Below, one piece after another: positions 13,799-27,703 of a stretch of 64,000 bases of DNA. This stretch comes from Paraspadella gotoi (lineage: Eukaryota; Animalia; Chaetognatha): contig CM119267.1 of NCBI GenBank assembly GCA_051294375.1, positions 21,887,486 to 21,951,485 on the forward strand, read 5' to 3'. Position 1 is the stretch's first letter; each line of letters starts with the position of its first letter. The notes beneath the pieces were generated by a model, which was given only the letters and a program-made list of their open reading frames with translations, made no database searches and was not told where the DNA came from. Made by a program: the position numbers and the translations under genes.

Positions 13799-14444
13799 GA
13801 GAGGAGAGAGGAGAGAGAGAGAAGAAGTGTAAGAGAAAAGAGGACTAGGAGAGAAGTTAAGGAAAGACCAATTGTGTTGTCCTCATTCTACTCACCGATT
13901 TGTTGTTGTTCCTCACACAGTCGTTGTACTTGTAAGCCTTTCCATATATTTGTTGTCTTCATGACCTGCACCCCAGGTGTTGTTTGTTCCTCGTTCACCT
14001 TACCTTCGAAAGATAAGGCGCATACGTCACCCAAACGACCGAAGACGATTGTCGGTCGGGATGAGGAAGCTCCTCGCGTCTNNNNNNNNNNNNNNNNNNN
14101 NNNNNNGAATGAACGGAATGAAAACAAGAAAGAAGACGTAAGAAAGGAGGAGGAAAAAAAGGAAGGAGAAAGGAGGTAAAAAAACGCGAGAGGAGACAAA
14201 AGAAAGAGAAAACGAAGAAGAAACAAAAGAGGTCCCATGTGGCAGAGGCAAGAAAAGAGAAAGAACCAAAAACGGGTTCAGAGAAGAAGAGGACTCGCTT
14301 GTCAAGTCAAGTCATAACAAATACCCTCGGGGAATTGCTTTTCAGGACAAAGAAAATGAGCGGAAGGAGTAAAGGAGAAGGAGGAAGAAGCATTAAGGTG
14401 AGGGCCGAATTATGACCGAGACTTGAGTTCTCTGGTGATTCGGA

Positions 14445-14503
<59 letters not shown>

Positions 14504-14730
14504 GAGAGAGGAGAGAGAGAGAGAGAGGAAAGAAATATATTAAAATAAAAATCTAAGACAAACTAAAGAAGATAGTAGAAAAATAAATAAAAAGAAAATT
14601 AAGAGAAGAAAAAAATATATAAGTTGAAGAGGAGAAGAGAGGGGATGAAGAGAAGGCCTCCTTTGATCTCAGAGGACTCTTAACTCATGTCATAACAAAT
14701 CCTCGGAGACGTGAGAGAGAGAGAGATAGT

Positions 14731-14792
<62 letters not shown>

Positions 14793-15070
14793 AGAGGGAG
14801 AGAGGAAGAAGTGTAAGAGAAAAGAGGACTAGGAGAGAAGTTAAGGAAAGACCAATTGTGTTGTCCTCATCTACTCACCCGATTTGTTGTTGATCCTCAC
14901 ACAGTCGTTGACTTGTGAGCCTTTCCATATAGTTGTTGTTTCATAGACCTAGCACCCCAGTGTGTGTTGTTTGTTCCTAGTTCACCTTACCTTTCGAAAA
15001 TAAGGGCGCAATACGTCACCCAAACGACCGAAGACGAATTGTCGGTCGGGATTGAGGAAGCTCCTCGGCT
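12830..15070 (+). repeat. Tandem near-duplicates separated by 25-N gaps (12830-13053 partial; 13079-14081; 14107-15070)
   Basis: Each unit begins GAATGAACGGAATGA... with the same internal sequence; differences are mostly small indels. Confidence 0.85.
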
Positions 15071-15082
15071 ATCTGTCTCTCT

Positions 15083-15155
<73 letters not shown>

Positions 15156-15864
15156 CTTCTCGCTTTTAAAAGCCGGCACAACAATCTTCCCGACCCGTCA
15201 GGCCGCGTCCCGGCGTCGCAGCCTTCCTTCCCAGCCTCGTCCGCGCCGTCGAATCCTTTGTTTGTCCCCCGGGCTCCGCAGTCCGCAGCCTCTCTTCCCA
15301 GCGCCGCAGCTTCGTTTGCGGCGCCGAATCCTTTTTGTCTCCGAGCGCCGAATTTTTTCCTCGTTTCGGTTCCACCGACGCGAAAAGAGATAAGAAATGG
15401 AATGAAAGAAGGAAAGGGAAGATTGGAGAGGAGAATGGCAAAATATTGTTTTAAATGGAAAGAAGGATAAAATTGGGGGATGTAGCAAAATTGGTAAATG
15501 ATTAAACTAGAGGTTATGGAGGAAAATAGAAAAATAGTAAAAAACGAAAAAATGAAAAAAAGCCGAATAAACCCCCAAAAAATCCAAAAATTGTAGTAAT
15601 GGAAAGATTTTGAAAATTAGAAAAAATTTAGGATGAAGTCGAAAATAGAAAAATTGGTAATAAAGAAAAAAGGTATTTAAAAATGCCTAAAATTGTAAAG
15701 GTAATGTTGGAGAAAATAGCTAAATGTGTTAAAATAATATATGTTACTTTTTTATATTGGTTGTACCAACGTCATATAGACTAAAAACGTCCTAATTTAG
15801 AAAACGAATGGCGGTTCGAGATGTCAAAATTTTGACGTAGCGTAATTGGCGAGATGTTGACAAC

Positions 15865-15921
<57 letters not shown>

Positions 15922-17480
15922 TTGGAGATATAAGTGAAAAATTCCGCCACTGACAACCAATTATAGGACCCGACCATTTTTGCAGGTCACTCGTCTAACT
16001 GGAAAATGACCGAGGGAGCGAGAGATAAATCTTGGAAATAGAAACTGGACGGGAAATAGAAGAGGGAAGTAGGAGGTCATAAGAACCTGTCAAAAAAATA
16101 TCAACTTATAAAAAAAAAGATAAATGAGACGTTAATGTGACAGGAAAAAAAATAAATAGATCTCGTTATTTGGATATCAAAAGCTGACAAGAAATGTAAT
16201 GGGAATGAGGCGCCAAGTTTCTCTAAAATGTCTGTTTATTAAATAAACTGATTTGCTGTTGAAACCCAATAAAGATTGTTTTTTAATCAATTGAACAAAA
16301 CACGGCGAAGGAAAGCTACAACTATATAATTAAAGCGTTCATTGATAGGGAAGCCAGGTACTCTGAGAGTGAATGAATTAGACCGTGGGAGACTAGATTT
16401 AAAGCTTGTAGAGACCTGCTATGTCAGGGGCAAGATAGCTTATATTGGTTGTACTAATAAAATATAGTATTATAATGTAGTTTCCAGGCGACGGAGAAAC
16501 GATTCCAAAACATTTTTCTACATCGTCTGGAAAACAAATACGCGAATAAGAATGAGTAAATACGGAAGCGACTCGAAGACTGAATGGGGCGAAGGGGCGT
16601 GCCCAACGGAGTTGGATAAACAGTGGGGAAAAAATACATTGTACTCAAAATAAACAAATGTCGCCGGTTAACAAATAACAAATAACAAATAAAGTTGAAA
16701 AATGATATGAATTTTGCGGAAAATTGATACCAAATCTTTTATTATGTACTAATAAGATTTTTTCATCTATATTTTTTATAACTTTTTTTAACTTTCCTCC
16801 TTCTATCCAAGTCACATTTTTACATTTTTTTCTCGTCCGAACATTTTCTTTTTCAGTTTTTATCTTCTTCCATTCCATTCCATTCTTCTCTCCTGTTCTT
16901 TTTCTTTTCTCTTTTCTCCTCCGTTTTCCACCATCTTTTTCTTTCACTAACACATAACTATTTCCGCCTTTTCTACCTTCTTCCCCTCCTCACTATTTTT
17001 TCCTCCCTTTTTCCCTTACTCCCTGTTTTTTTTTTCTCGTCCTCGTCGCCTCCCATTTTTCTCTTCCCTTTTTCAAGTTTCCTTTCTTCCTTCCTCCCTC
17101 CCTCCATCTTTTTTCCATTCCTCCCTCATTTTTTTCCTATACTTCTTCCCTGCCTTCCTCCCTCCCTCAATCCATCTCTTCTCTTTCCTCCTTTCAATTT
17201 TCTCTCTTCCAACCTCTCTCCTATTATTTCCTCTCTCCCTCCATTTTCTCCTCCGTCTTGAGACCGGAGTTGGCATCGCCCTTCCGAACTGGTCCCCCAT
17301 TATGCATGCCCGACTATTTTTTTTCTTTTAAAGAGAGAGAGAGAGAGAGAGTCAGAGAGAGAGAGAGAGAGAGAGAGTGAGAGACGGTTTGCTCATTTCC
17401 TTGTCGAGTCACGCCCCAAAAGAGATGATCTTCACCATCATCAGTGTCATCTTTGAGAACGACCCCGAGCCAGAGAAAAG

Positions 17481-17512
<32 letters not shown>

Positions 17513-18489
17513 TCGTCGCAGACTCGCAGTTTTTGTTTTTTTATTCTTTTTCGCTGGAGTCATGGCGGAAGCTCAAATGTAGTCGTAATGTTAGTATGCT
17601 AGTAGTAGTAGTGGAGTAGTAGTAGTAGTAGTGGGAAGTTAGTAGTAGTAGTAGTAGTAGTAGTGGGAGTAGTAGTAGTCCTTCACACATTGTAAACGGA
17701 CTCGAACGAAACGCAAAATATACAGGCCCTGGGTCGTTCCCATGTTAAGGTTAAATTTATATTATCGTTTTATTATAACATTACAACTTATAAAATAAAA
17801 TTTGAAGTAAACACTTCTTTGTTACACATAATCAACGTTAAATAAAATATCCCTCGCTAAATATTGATAAATGAGTTATTCTCAATACGTAAAAAAAACA
17901 AGAAAACTGGATTTTCGTCATTTAAAATAAATCAATCACTCGATCAATCAACTCGTGCTTAAGAATGATTTGAACTTACCTCCAGATGTCAAAGGTAAGT
18001 AGAGAAAAAAGTTTTTCCCAAGATGACGTCTCTTCTTCTTCCAAATTTCTTCAGTTTCTTTGACGGAAAACGAAATTCGATTTCGAAGTCGGGATTGTTG
18101 CTGCAAAGTAAGGAAGCGTTTGCCGCACCCGGAAAAAAGGGTTGCTGTTTCACACTGTCTACGGACGAGTCTATAACGATTTTAGCTTGAATCGGAAATA
18201 TGTTCACGGAGACTTTTATATGTACTTAGTTCGTATACTTCTTTAGTATAATTACGTACTAAACTTTAAAGTTGAGAAAGAAGTGCTACGAAGGTGAAAA
18301 AGGTTGCTGTAAGTTTTCTAATAATGTGACGTTAGTTAAAAAATAGTTTAAAATTGGTTAAAAGTTGAAAAAAAAAAAGGCGGTGCAAAGTTTACGACGT
18401 TTCTGCCACCAAAAAAAACGTGACTAAAATTTTTAAAATGTTCCTGTTGGTTTCAGCTGTTGCCAGGTCTGAAAAGACAAAGAGAGAAA

Positions 18490-20600
18490 GAATTTTCACA
18501 GAATTCACGAATTTTCACTGATATTTCCGGAAAGACGTGAAGACTCTCAGTTAGGAATTGCGTCGCAATTTCTTCGAGTGTGAATCGCCTCGTTATTTCT
18601 CTCTCTCGAGTCGTTTATATTTGTAAATGTTTGCGTGAAGTGATTTCGAGTTGGTGCTTCGGCGTCGTAAAGTTCCGAGACATTCCTTGCAACCAACTTA
18701 TCTGAGTTTCCCCCGTTCCAAGTTTTTTTGGGGGGGAGGGAGTTTATTGTTGTTTATTGTTGTTATTGTTGTTATTTCCCGTTTTCACTCGAATATTTGT
18801 TTCTTCGTTTCGTCGTTTTCGTCGCTAAGAAATGTCGCTGAGTCGAGAGACGGGGTTGAGATTCTGCAGAAAAAATATGAGAAGAGGGAAATGCGTTAAG
18901 AGTGATTTATTTGACTTTGTGATTCATTTATAGTGCAACATTGATCTTTGACAATCTTTTTCGAGCTATTTTCTTGACTTTGACTTTTCTTCCTTTTTTT
19001 TTCTTTCTATTTATTCAGGTCCTTTCTAAATACGTGTTTAGGTTCAATCACTTAAAATGATTCAATGATAACGAAAATTATAAATTTTTACCTTTAATCA
19101 CGCAAAATACAAACAGAGCATAACTGTTATGAAGCGACTACAATTATTTTATGTTCTTGAGGAAACCTATTCCTCATAATGACGCCTTCATTAGACCCTT
19201 TTTGACTCCAACTTTGCTTATTTTTAGGAAAATTTCAGTTCAATCTATTTTTTTAATTTTTAATACCAGAAACAGTATTAACATAATCATTAACAGTAAC
19301 AGTGTAAAAGTCTGGAAAAATCAAGCTGAATAAAACCCATTATACATTTCACAAAAAGAGATAAGCTTCAAATTCGAGTGCAAGAAACGAAACCACAGTT
19401 CATAATTGCTAAGCTAAAAGTCTTCGAGAGTGATAGGTTTTGAAGACAAAGAGTAAGAATGGAATTTCAGCAGATTATCCACGAATTTTCACTGATAATT
19501 GATTATCCGGAAAACGTGGAGAGACGAGTCTACAGTTTATGGTAATTGCGTCGAGATTTCTCGATTGAACGCCGTCGTCTATTCTCTACTCTCTTGGTAT
19601 GAAGTCGTTATATTTTTGTAATGATGTTGTCGTGAAGTTGATTTCGTAGTTGGTGCTATCGGCGATCGTAAGTTCTCGAGACATTTTCCTTGCTATTCGC
19701 AACTTATCGTACTTTGAGTTTTCTCTCATCTCGAAATTTGTTTGGTGGAGAGGGATTTATTGTTGTTTATTGTTAGTATTATGATTGTTTAACATCATCA
19801 CCAGTTTTCATTTCTCAATATTATTTGATTTTCATTCGATTTCGTTCTGTTTTCGTCGCTATAGTGTCGTCTTTGATCGAGAGAACGGGGTTTGTAAGAT
19901 TCTAGGCAGAAAAATATGAGGGTGGGTTGAAATGCGTTAAGTATGTGATTATTTGATTCTCTTTTGTGATTATTATTTAGTTGCAACATTTTGATCTTTG
20001 TTAATGTTTTTCGATGCTATTTTTTCTTGACTTTGAACATTTTCTGTCCCTTTTATTTGCGTATGCTATTTGGTTTTATTTCATGGTTCTCTTTTCTAAG
20101 ATTACGATGTTTATGTTGTTATTTTGTGTCAATCACTTAAAGATGATGGGTAGCAGAAGGTGATAAGACAGAGAGAGAGTATGATAATTATGAGTGGCGA
20201 CGAGGATTGTAGATGCAACGAGGGAGGGAGGATGATGTTTATGTGGTTAGTGGGGGGATTGTGTTGAGGTTAGTGGCAAGATATACAAAACAGAGCATAA
20301 CTGTTATGAATCCGGCACTACAATTAATTTATAAGTTCTTGAGGAAACCTATTCCTCATAATTGACGCCTTCATTAGAACCCTTTTTGACTCCAACTTTG
20401 CTATTTTTAGGAAAATTTCAGTTCAATCTATTTTTTTAAATTTTTAATAACCAGAAACAGTATTAACATAATAATTAAGAGTAACAGTGTAAAAGTTGGA
20501 AAAATCAGCTGAATAAAACCCATTATACATTTCACAAAAAGAGATAAACTTTCAAATTCGAGTGCAAGAAACGAAACCACAGTTCATAATTGCTAAGCTT
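18490..20600 (+). repeat. Tandem duplication: 18490-19415 followed by a noisy, insertion-rich copy at 19460-20600
   Basis: Shared CACGAATTTTCACTGATA and CAGAGCATAACTGTTATGAA...GAAACCACAGTTCATAATTGCTAAGCT. Confidence 0.85.
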
Positions 20601-20602
20601 CT

Positions 20603-20666
<64 letters not shown>

Positions 20667-20912
20667 TCTCTCTCTCGTCGGTGAAGAAAATCAAGGGTCT
20701 TCGACCAGAGGAGAAAGAAACGAAGTCGTTTTCATCTCAATTTTTGTCACTTTTTTCTTCGCCCGCGAGTTTTGGAGAGGCTGACCTCTGCTGCGGTACC
20801 TCGGCAGGAGAGAGGGAGAGAGAGAGAGAGAGAGAGAGAAGAGAGATGGAGAGAGAGAGAAGAGGGGGGAGGGAGAAAGGAGAGGAGAAGAGAGAGAGAG
20901 AGAGGGGAGAGA

Positions 20913-20950
<38 letters not shown>

Positions 20951-21427
20951 AGAGGGAGAAGAGGGGGGAGGAGAGAGAGAGAAGAGAGAGGAGAGAAAAG
21001 AGGAGGAGAGAGAGAGAGAGAGAGAGGATAGTGCCCTTGTAAAAAGAGTACAGGAGAAACCTTTTCTTTTGTCAGCTTCTTTCAACAACCCTCCCCCCGC
21101 GAAAAAAAAAAAGATTTACCGTCGCAAAAAAAAAAAACTTGTTCCCACAATAGAAAAAAAAAAGTATTTACAACTTTTTTTCCTCGGTTCTTTTCTCTTT
21201 TTGTTTGGCTCTCTTTTTCGAGAGTGCCCCATTTCTGTTTTATTTAGCTCAGAATTTAATTTTAACCTTAACATTTAACTAAATATATATATAATATTTA
21301 ACTTAATCCTTTACCCTAATGCCTAATCCAAAATCCTACTCTTTAACCCTAAATCTTGTCCTTAAATATAAATTATTATAATAAATATATATAAATATAA
21401 TATAAATATAAATAATATATATAAATA

Positions 21428-22175
21428 GGTTCCATTGGGATTCCTCCCAACAGGATTCTCCACGCGGGAATTCCTCCCACGCGGGATTCCTCCCACACGG
21501 GTTTCCTCCCCACGGATTCCTCCCCAAGGGATTCCTCCAATGGAATTGCTCCCACACGGGATTCCTCCCAAAGGAATTCCTCCCACACGGGATTCCTCCC
21601 CAAAGGAATTCCTTCCCACGCGGGATTCCTCCCACACGGTTTCCCTCCCCACAGAATCCTCCCCCATGGAATTCCTCCCAAGCGGGATTCCTCCCACGCC
21701 GGGATTCCTCCCACACGGGATTCGCTCATGCAGGATTCTCACAGGGGATTCTCCACACAAGATTCTCCCACACGAGATTCCTCCACACGGGATTCCTCCA
21801 TGGATTCTCCCACACGGATTCTCCCAGCGGGATTCCTCCACACTGGATTCCCTTCCCACGCGGGATTCCTCCCACCGGGAATTGCCCACCTATGACGCGG
21901 GATTCTCTCCACACGTGGATTCCTCCCCAACGCGGGATTCCTCCCACAACGGGATTCCTCCACACGGGGTTCCTGGGGGTAAATTCCTCCATGCGGGATT
22001 CCTCCCATATCACGGGATTCCTGCCCATCGCCCACGGGATTCCTCCCAGCGTGATTCTCCACGGGTATTCCTCCCACACGGGATTCCTCCCACGCGGTAT
22101 CCTCCACACGGGATTCCTCCCACGCGAGATTCTTCTCACACGGGAATCCTCCCACACGGGATTTCTCCCCACGTC
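21428..22175 (+). repeat. 16-bp minisatellite array (GGGATTCCTCCCACAC)n
   Basis: Direct inspection; produces the periodic GIPPTRDSSHTGFLPH pseudo-ORFs. Confidence 0.95.
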
Positions 22176-22247
22176 CAATAAAAAAAAAACAAGTTTGAGC
22201 AAACAATGTCGGATCTGCCTACGATAATTAAGTGGTAATAAGCTAAC

Positions 22248-22438
22248 TTGGTCAACTTGCATAATTTAATCAACTAGCATTATTTGGTCAACTGGCATAC
22301 TTTGGTCCAACTGACAAAAATTTGGTAAACTGGCATAATTTGGTCAACAGGTATAATTTGGTCAACTGGCATAATTTGGTTAACCTGCAGAATTTGGTCA
22401 ACTGGCATATTTTTGTCAAATTGGCATAATTTGGTCAA
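22248..22438 (+). repeat. 18-bp tandem repeat (TTGGTCAACTGGCATAAT)n
   Basis: About 10 imperfect units between the two 16-bp arrays. Confidence 0.9.
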
Positions 22439-22676
22439 GCAATCAATCAATCAATCAGAGAGAGATAGAGAGAGAGAAACTTTAAAAAATTCAAATAAAT
22501 GTGTCTTTTGGTTTTCTAATTTGAACTCTTTTCCACAACTATGATTACATCAAAAAATTTATATTCAGCTTTATCACATACTTTCCTACCCACACACAAA
22601 ATTTTTATTTTAATGAATCAATTTTTTTCCTTGAAACAAGAACATGCAACAAGAAAGTTAATCACAATTTAAGGGT

Positions 22677-23405
22677 GGAACCGCGTGTGGGAGGAATCGC
22701 GTGTGGGAGGAATGCCCGTGTGGGAGGAATCCCGTGTGGGAGGAAATCAGTGTGGGAGGAAATCAGTGTGGGAGGATCCGGTGGGAGGAATCCCGCGTGG
22801 GAGGAATCCCGTGTGGGTGGAATCCCGAGTGGGAGAAATCCTGTGTGGAGGTAATCCCGTGTGGGAGGAATCCCGTGTGGGAGGAATCCCCGCGTGGGAG
22901 GAATCCGCGTGTGGAGGAATCCCGCGTGGGAGGAAACCCGTGTGGGAGGAATACCCGCGTGGAGGAATCCCGTGTGGGAGGAATCCCGCGTGGGAGGAAT
23001 CCCGTGTGGAGGAATCCCGCATGGGAGGAATCCCGCGTGGGAGGAATCCCGCGTGGGAGGAATCCCGTGTGAGAGGAATCCCGCGTGGGAGGAATCCGTG
23101 TGGGAGGAATCCCGCGTGGGAGGAATCCCATGTGGGAGGAATCCCGCGTGGGAGGAATTCTTTGGGGGAGAATCCCGTGTGGGAGGAATCCCGTGTGGGA
23201 GGAATTCTATGGGAGGATTCCATGGGGAGGAATCCCGTATGGGAAGGAATTCCTTGGGGAGGAATTCCGTGTGGGAGGAATCCGCGGGGAGAATCCCTTG
23301 TGGGAGGAATCCCGTGTGGGAGGAATCCCATGGGGAGGATCCGCGTGGGAGGAATCCCGTGTGGGAGGATGCCAGTTGGGAGGAATCCCGTGTGGAGGAA
23401 TACGC
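22677..23405 (-). repeat. Same 16-bp minisatellite in inverted orientation
   Basis: (GTGTGGGAGGAATCCC)n is the reverse complement of the 21428-22175 unit. Confidence 0.95.
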
Positions 23406-23454
23406 AGCAGCCACAATAATAAATATATANNNNNNNNNNNNNNNNNNNNNNNNN

Positions 23455-23498
23455 TAAGCTTTCTCTCTCTCTCTTCTCTCTCTTCTCTCTCTCTCTCT

Positions 23499-23548
<50 letters not shown>

Positions 23549-26500
23549 CGGGTAAGAAAAATCAAGGGTCTTCGACCAGAGAGGAAAGAAACGAAGTCTT
23601 GTTCATCTCTCATTTGTCACTTTTTTCTTCGCCCGCGAGTTTTGGAGAGGCTGACCTCTGCTGCGGTAACCTCGGCAGGAGGGGAGGGGAGAAGGAAGGG
23701 GAGGAGAGGAGGAGAGGAGAGAAGAGAGGAGGGAGGGAGAAAGGAGAGGAGTAAGAGAGAGAGAGAGAGGGGAGAGAGAGAGAGAGAAGAGAAGAAGAAG
23801 ATGAGAGAGAAGGGAGGAGGAGAGAGAGAGAGAAGAGAGAGAGAGAGTAGTGCCCTTTGCCTTTAAAAAGAGTACAGGAGAAACCTTTTCTTTTGTCAGC
23901 TTCTTTTCAACAACCCTCCCCCCGCGAAAAAAAAAAAGATTTACCGGTCGCAAAAAAAAAAAACTTTTTCCCACAATAGAAAAAAAAAAGTATTTACAAC
24001 TTTTTTCCCGGTTCGGTTTTTCTTCTTTTTGTTTGGTCTCTTTTTTCGAAGTGCCCCATTTCTGTTTTATTAGCTCAGAATTTAAATTTTAACCTTAACA
24101 TTTAACCTAAAATATATATATAATATTTAACTTAATCCTTTACCCTAATGCCTAATCCAAATCCTAACTTTTTAACCCTAACTCTTGTCCTTAAATATAA
24201 ATTATTATAATAAATTATATATAATATATATAAATAAATATAAATATATATAAATAGGTTCCATTGGGATTCCTCCCAACAGGATTCTCCACCGGGATTT
24301 CCTCCCACGGCGGGATTTCCTCCCACACGGGTCCTCTCCACACGGGATTCCTCCCCAAGGGATTCCTCCCAATGGAATTGCTCCCACACGGATTCCTCCC
24401 AAAGGAATTCCTCCCACACGGGATTCCTCCCAAAGGAATTCCTTCCCTACGCGGGATTCCTCCCACACGGGTTTCCCTCCCCACACGAATTCCTCCCCCA
24501 TGGAATTCCTCCCAAGCGGGATTCCTCCCACGCGGGGGTTCCTCCCACACGGGATTCCTCCCATGCTAGCTTTCCTCCCACCACGGGTGGTTCCTCCCAC
24601 ACGAAGATTCCTCCCACACGATTACCTTTGCCATTTCTCTTCTCCTATAATACCCCCGGTTCTGCTATTTCCCTCTCCTATGTCCCCTATCGCGCTCTCT
24701 CCTAGCGATCGTGATAGTTACTCTCTCTCCCTCCCTCAACGCGCGCTCTGATATTTATCCTCCTCTACGAGCTTGGATTATTCCTCATTCTACTCCCCAC
24801 GCCAGCCGCCAAGATTCACATACAGAAACAAGCACAGTGGCTAGTTCCTCTCACACACCAGACTTCCACGTTGGGAGTTGGTTTTCTCTTCCTCGCGGTG
24901 ACTCACTCTCCCCTCCTCATTCCACTCGCTGCGCTCTTTTCCTCCCCCTTACCGTCTTCCCTGCGTGCCTTTCTATTTCTTCTCTCCCTCGTCTACCTTC
25001 TCTCCTCTCCCAACTCTCTGCCGTTTCTCCTATTCCTCCCTCTCACCGCCTGGCGTGATTATCCTCTCTCCCTTCCTCCTTCCCATGCTTATCGGGATTC
25101 CTCCCACACGGATTCCTCCATTGCTTCCCTCTAGCGTCTATTTCTCTTTCCCCATAAACGGCTTCCTGCTCTTTTTCCTCCCACTCCGATTCGGGGCTTA
25201 ACCCTCTACTCTCTCCTCCGATCTCGCTCTCCCCCTATTGTGCTTACTCTCTCTCTCTCCTCCACTACCGGTCTCTCCTCTCCCCTCTACGCTTCTTTCC
25301 CTGCGTACTCTTTCTATATTTTCTTTCTCCCCACCCCATCTGGCTGCTTCCTCTTCTCCCTCTCCGTAGATGGTACCTCTCTTGGTCCTTTCATCATTCT
25401 CTCGGGGCCGATTCTCCTCACCTACCACCTCTCGTTTATTTCTCCACTTTTCTCTCTCCCTCTCCCTCTTCCTCTTTTCCCTCTCACTATTCGCCTCTCC
25501 AAAACTATAATAAAATATTCTATAATATTATCAATGTCTCTAATGTGTAGCTATTATACCTCTCTCATATCAGTTTCTTCGTGGATGCACATTAATAGAC
25601 ACATAAACTAGAATTCATATAATATACAGAGGATGATTATTGGTTAGATTGTAAAGCAATTTATATGCTTTTGAGAATATTATCTACATATGCATTATTC
25701 GCATATAGAATATTCTAAATATTCTTCTGCTATAATGGCTACAGGCATTATGTATTATTTCCGCAAAGAGAGATCAAGACCTATTTTAGTGGAACTAACA
25801 AAGGAGATTTCAATTTGTTTTTTAGAGATCAAGACTAAAGAACCCTCCAACTAATTTCTAGAGCTCAATACTCTCGGGTGCTACTTTAACTCAATATTCG
25901 CGCACCGGGTCTCCTATGCGCTTCCTGCTTAAGCTTCTCAAACGCATATACTCAATGGGATCGTCCGTACGTCGCTGGCGTCGATCTCGCGAGAGCTGAG
26001 ACTTTCGGCCGAGGCGACGTGGAAAGTCACATCGGCCTCGGGCCGGCGTCTGAGACCGGTGCAGAATACTTGCTTGTCGGCCGGCGTGGCCTCGGAGTGG
26101 CCATCAGACTGCATATGATACGTTACTTCTGGTACAGACGCCTCGAATTGAGCACTGATCTCTGGGAGCTGCAACGCGCCACTCCGATAGTACCGATCAC
26201 GACTCTAGTCAGCGCGAGGAAGGAGAACCAAAGCCTCACTGCGCAAAAGTCAACAGACGCGCCGGCGGCATACCGTACTTAGAAACAATTCACTGTATCA
26301 CGAGACGGCACTCTCATACATTGTTTTCTCTCGTTGTCTTTCTCAAAGGATCTCTGAAGAGACGTCAGTCTTCTTCCGGAACAGAGGACCGCCTAATCGG
26401 AAACTGCCTAGCACGAGTGCCGAACACGCTCCTGTACTTATTCCATCAGTCTCAGGCTATCTCGCGGCTTAGGGGAAGGCCCGAGGTACGTTATTCATTC

Positions 26501-27631
26501 ATATAAAGCTTTGGACGGACTGCTCAACACTCACAACAAAAAACTATTTATTTCTAATGACAGATGAATCAAATATTTTCTCTCTCCTTGAAACAAGAAC
26601 AGGGTAACGAGTGATCTCATACTCCTATCTGCTCTATCTGTCTCTCTCTCTAACTCCATCTACTTTTAAGCGTGCGTCATCCCTGTGCGTGCGTAGGAAT
26701 CGCGTTGCTCGCACATTTGAATGGGGGTAAGGAATCCCGTCTGGCTCGCTCGCGCGGGAGGTACTCGCCGTTATGTGTGGCGACGCGTGGAATCAGATTG
26801 CCAAGCTTTTCTTTGTGGGAGTGCCACCAATTTCTTTGTCTTAGATAGAGGTTCTTGTTATTACACCTTTGTTTGCGCGTTTTTAGGTATGAGTATTTAT
26901 TACCTTCTGCACTTTTCTTTTACGTTTTTTCTTTTCTTTTTCGTTGGGCCAGGGTTTTCCCCTGTGTGGTGGGGAGGGTAGAAAGGAACGATCAAAATTA
27001 AGAGAAGAAAAAAAAAAAAGAATAATAGAACTCTTAAGATCTCGGGCGACGTCGGTGTGGTAATGCACCGACTAGTGGAGGTAGGGAGGTTTTTAACAAA
27101 ATCACCGGCTGGTAGATGGAGTAGAATCCCGTGTGGGAGGAGTGGGCCAATCCCGGGGTGGTTAGTTGCACCAGTCCCAAGGCAGGCAACTTACCATTGG
27201 AAGTGTTGGGTAGGGTACATCCTCTGCTGGGTGGGAGGGGTAGATCCCGTGGATAGGCAGGTTGAGGGTGTTTAGATCCGCCTGTGAGGAGGGAAGGAGC
27301 TCGGGTTTGTGTGGGTAACAGACCATTAATCCAAACTCAGATGGGGGCGCGCTAGGGCAAGTGTGATTTGCCGCGTAGTAAGAGGCGGGAAGCTGTGATG
27401 GATCCGCCCTCTCTGATATGTAAGGGAGGGAGTCGCTCTACAGGAGGAGTGTGTGTCGATAGGTCGTTGTAGTAAGCGTCATTGCAACTTATGTGAATTA
27501 CACTTTCGTAATTCAAGAACGCAATTTAGAAAGTGAGGGGAGAATAAGAGCGGAAGCGATTGGCAGGCAGGCGGCGGAGACGGTCGGCGCACGGTAGGGT
27601 GCGTTGGTTTGAAACAGGGGAGTAGAGAGAG

Positions 27632-27703
<72 letters not shown>

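Noticed and set aside
21336-24751. Many overlapping 100-290 aa ORFs (GIPPTRDSSH/WEESRVGG repeats); also considered as a CRISPR-like array
   Set aside because: Read-through of a stop-free 16-bp minisatellite in all frames. The units are contiguous with no unique spacers, and there are no cas genes.
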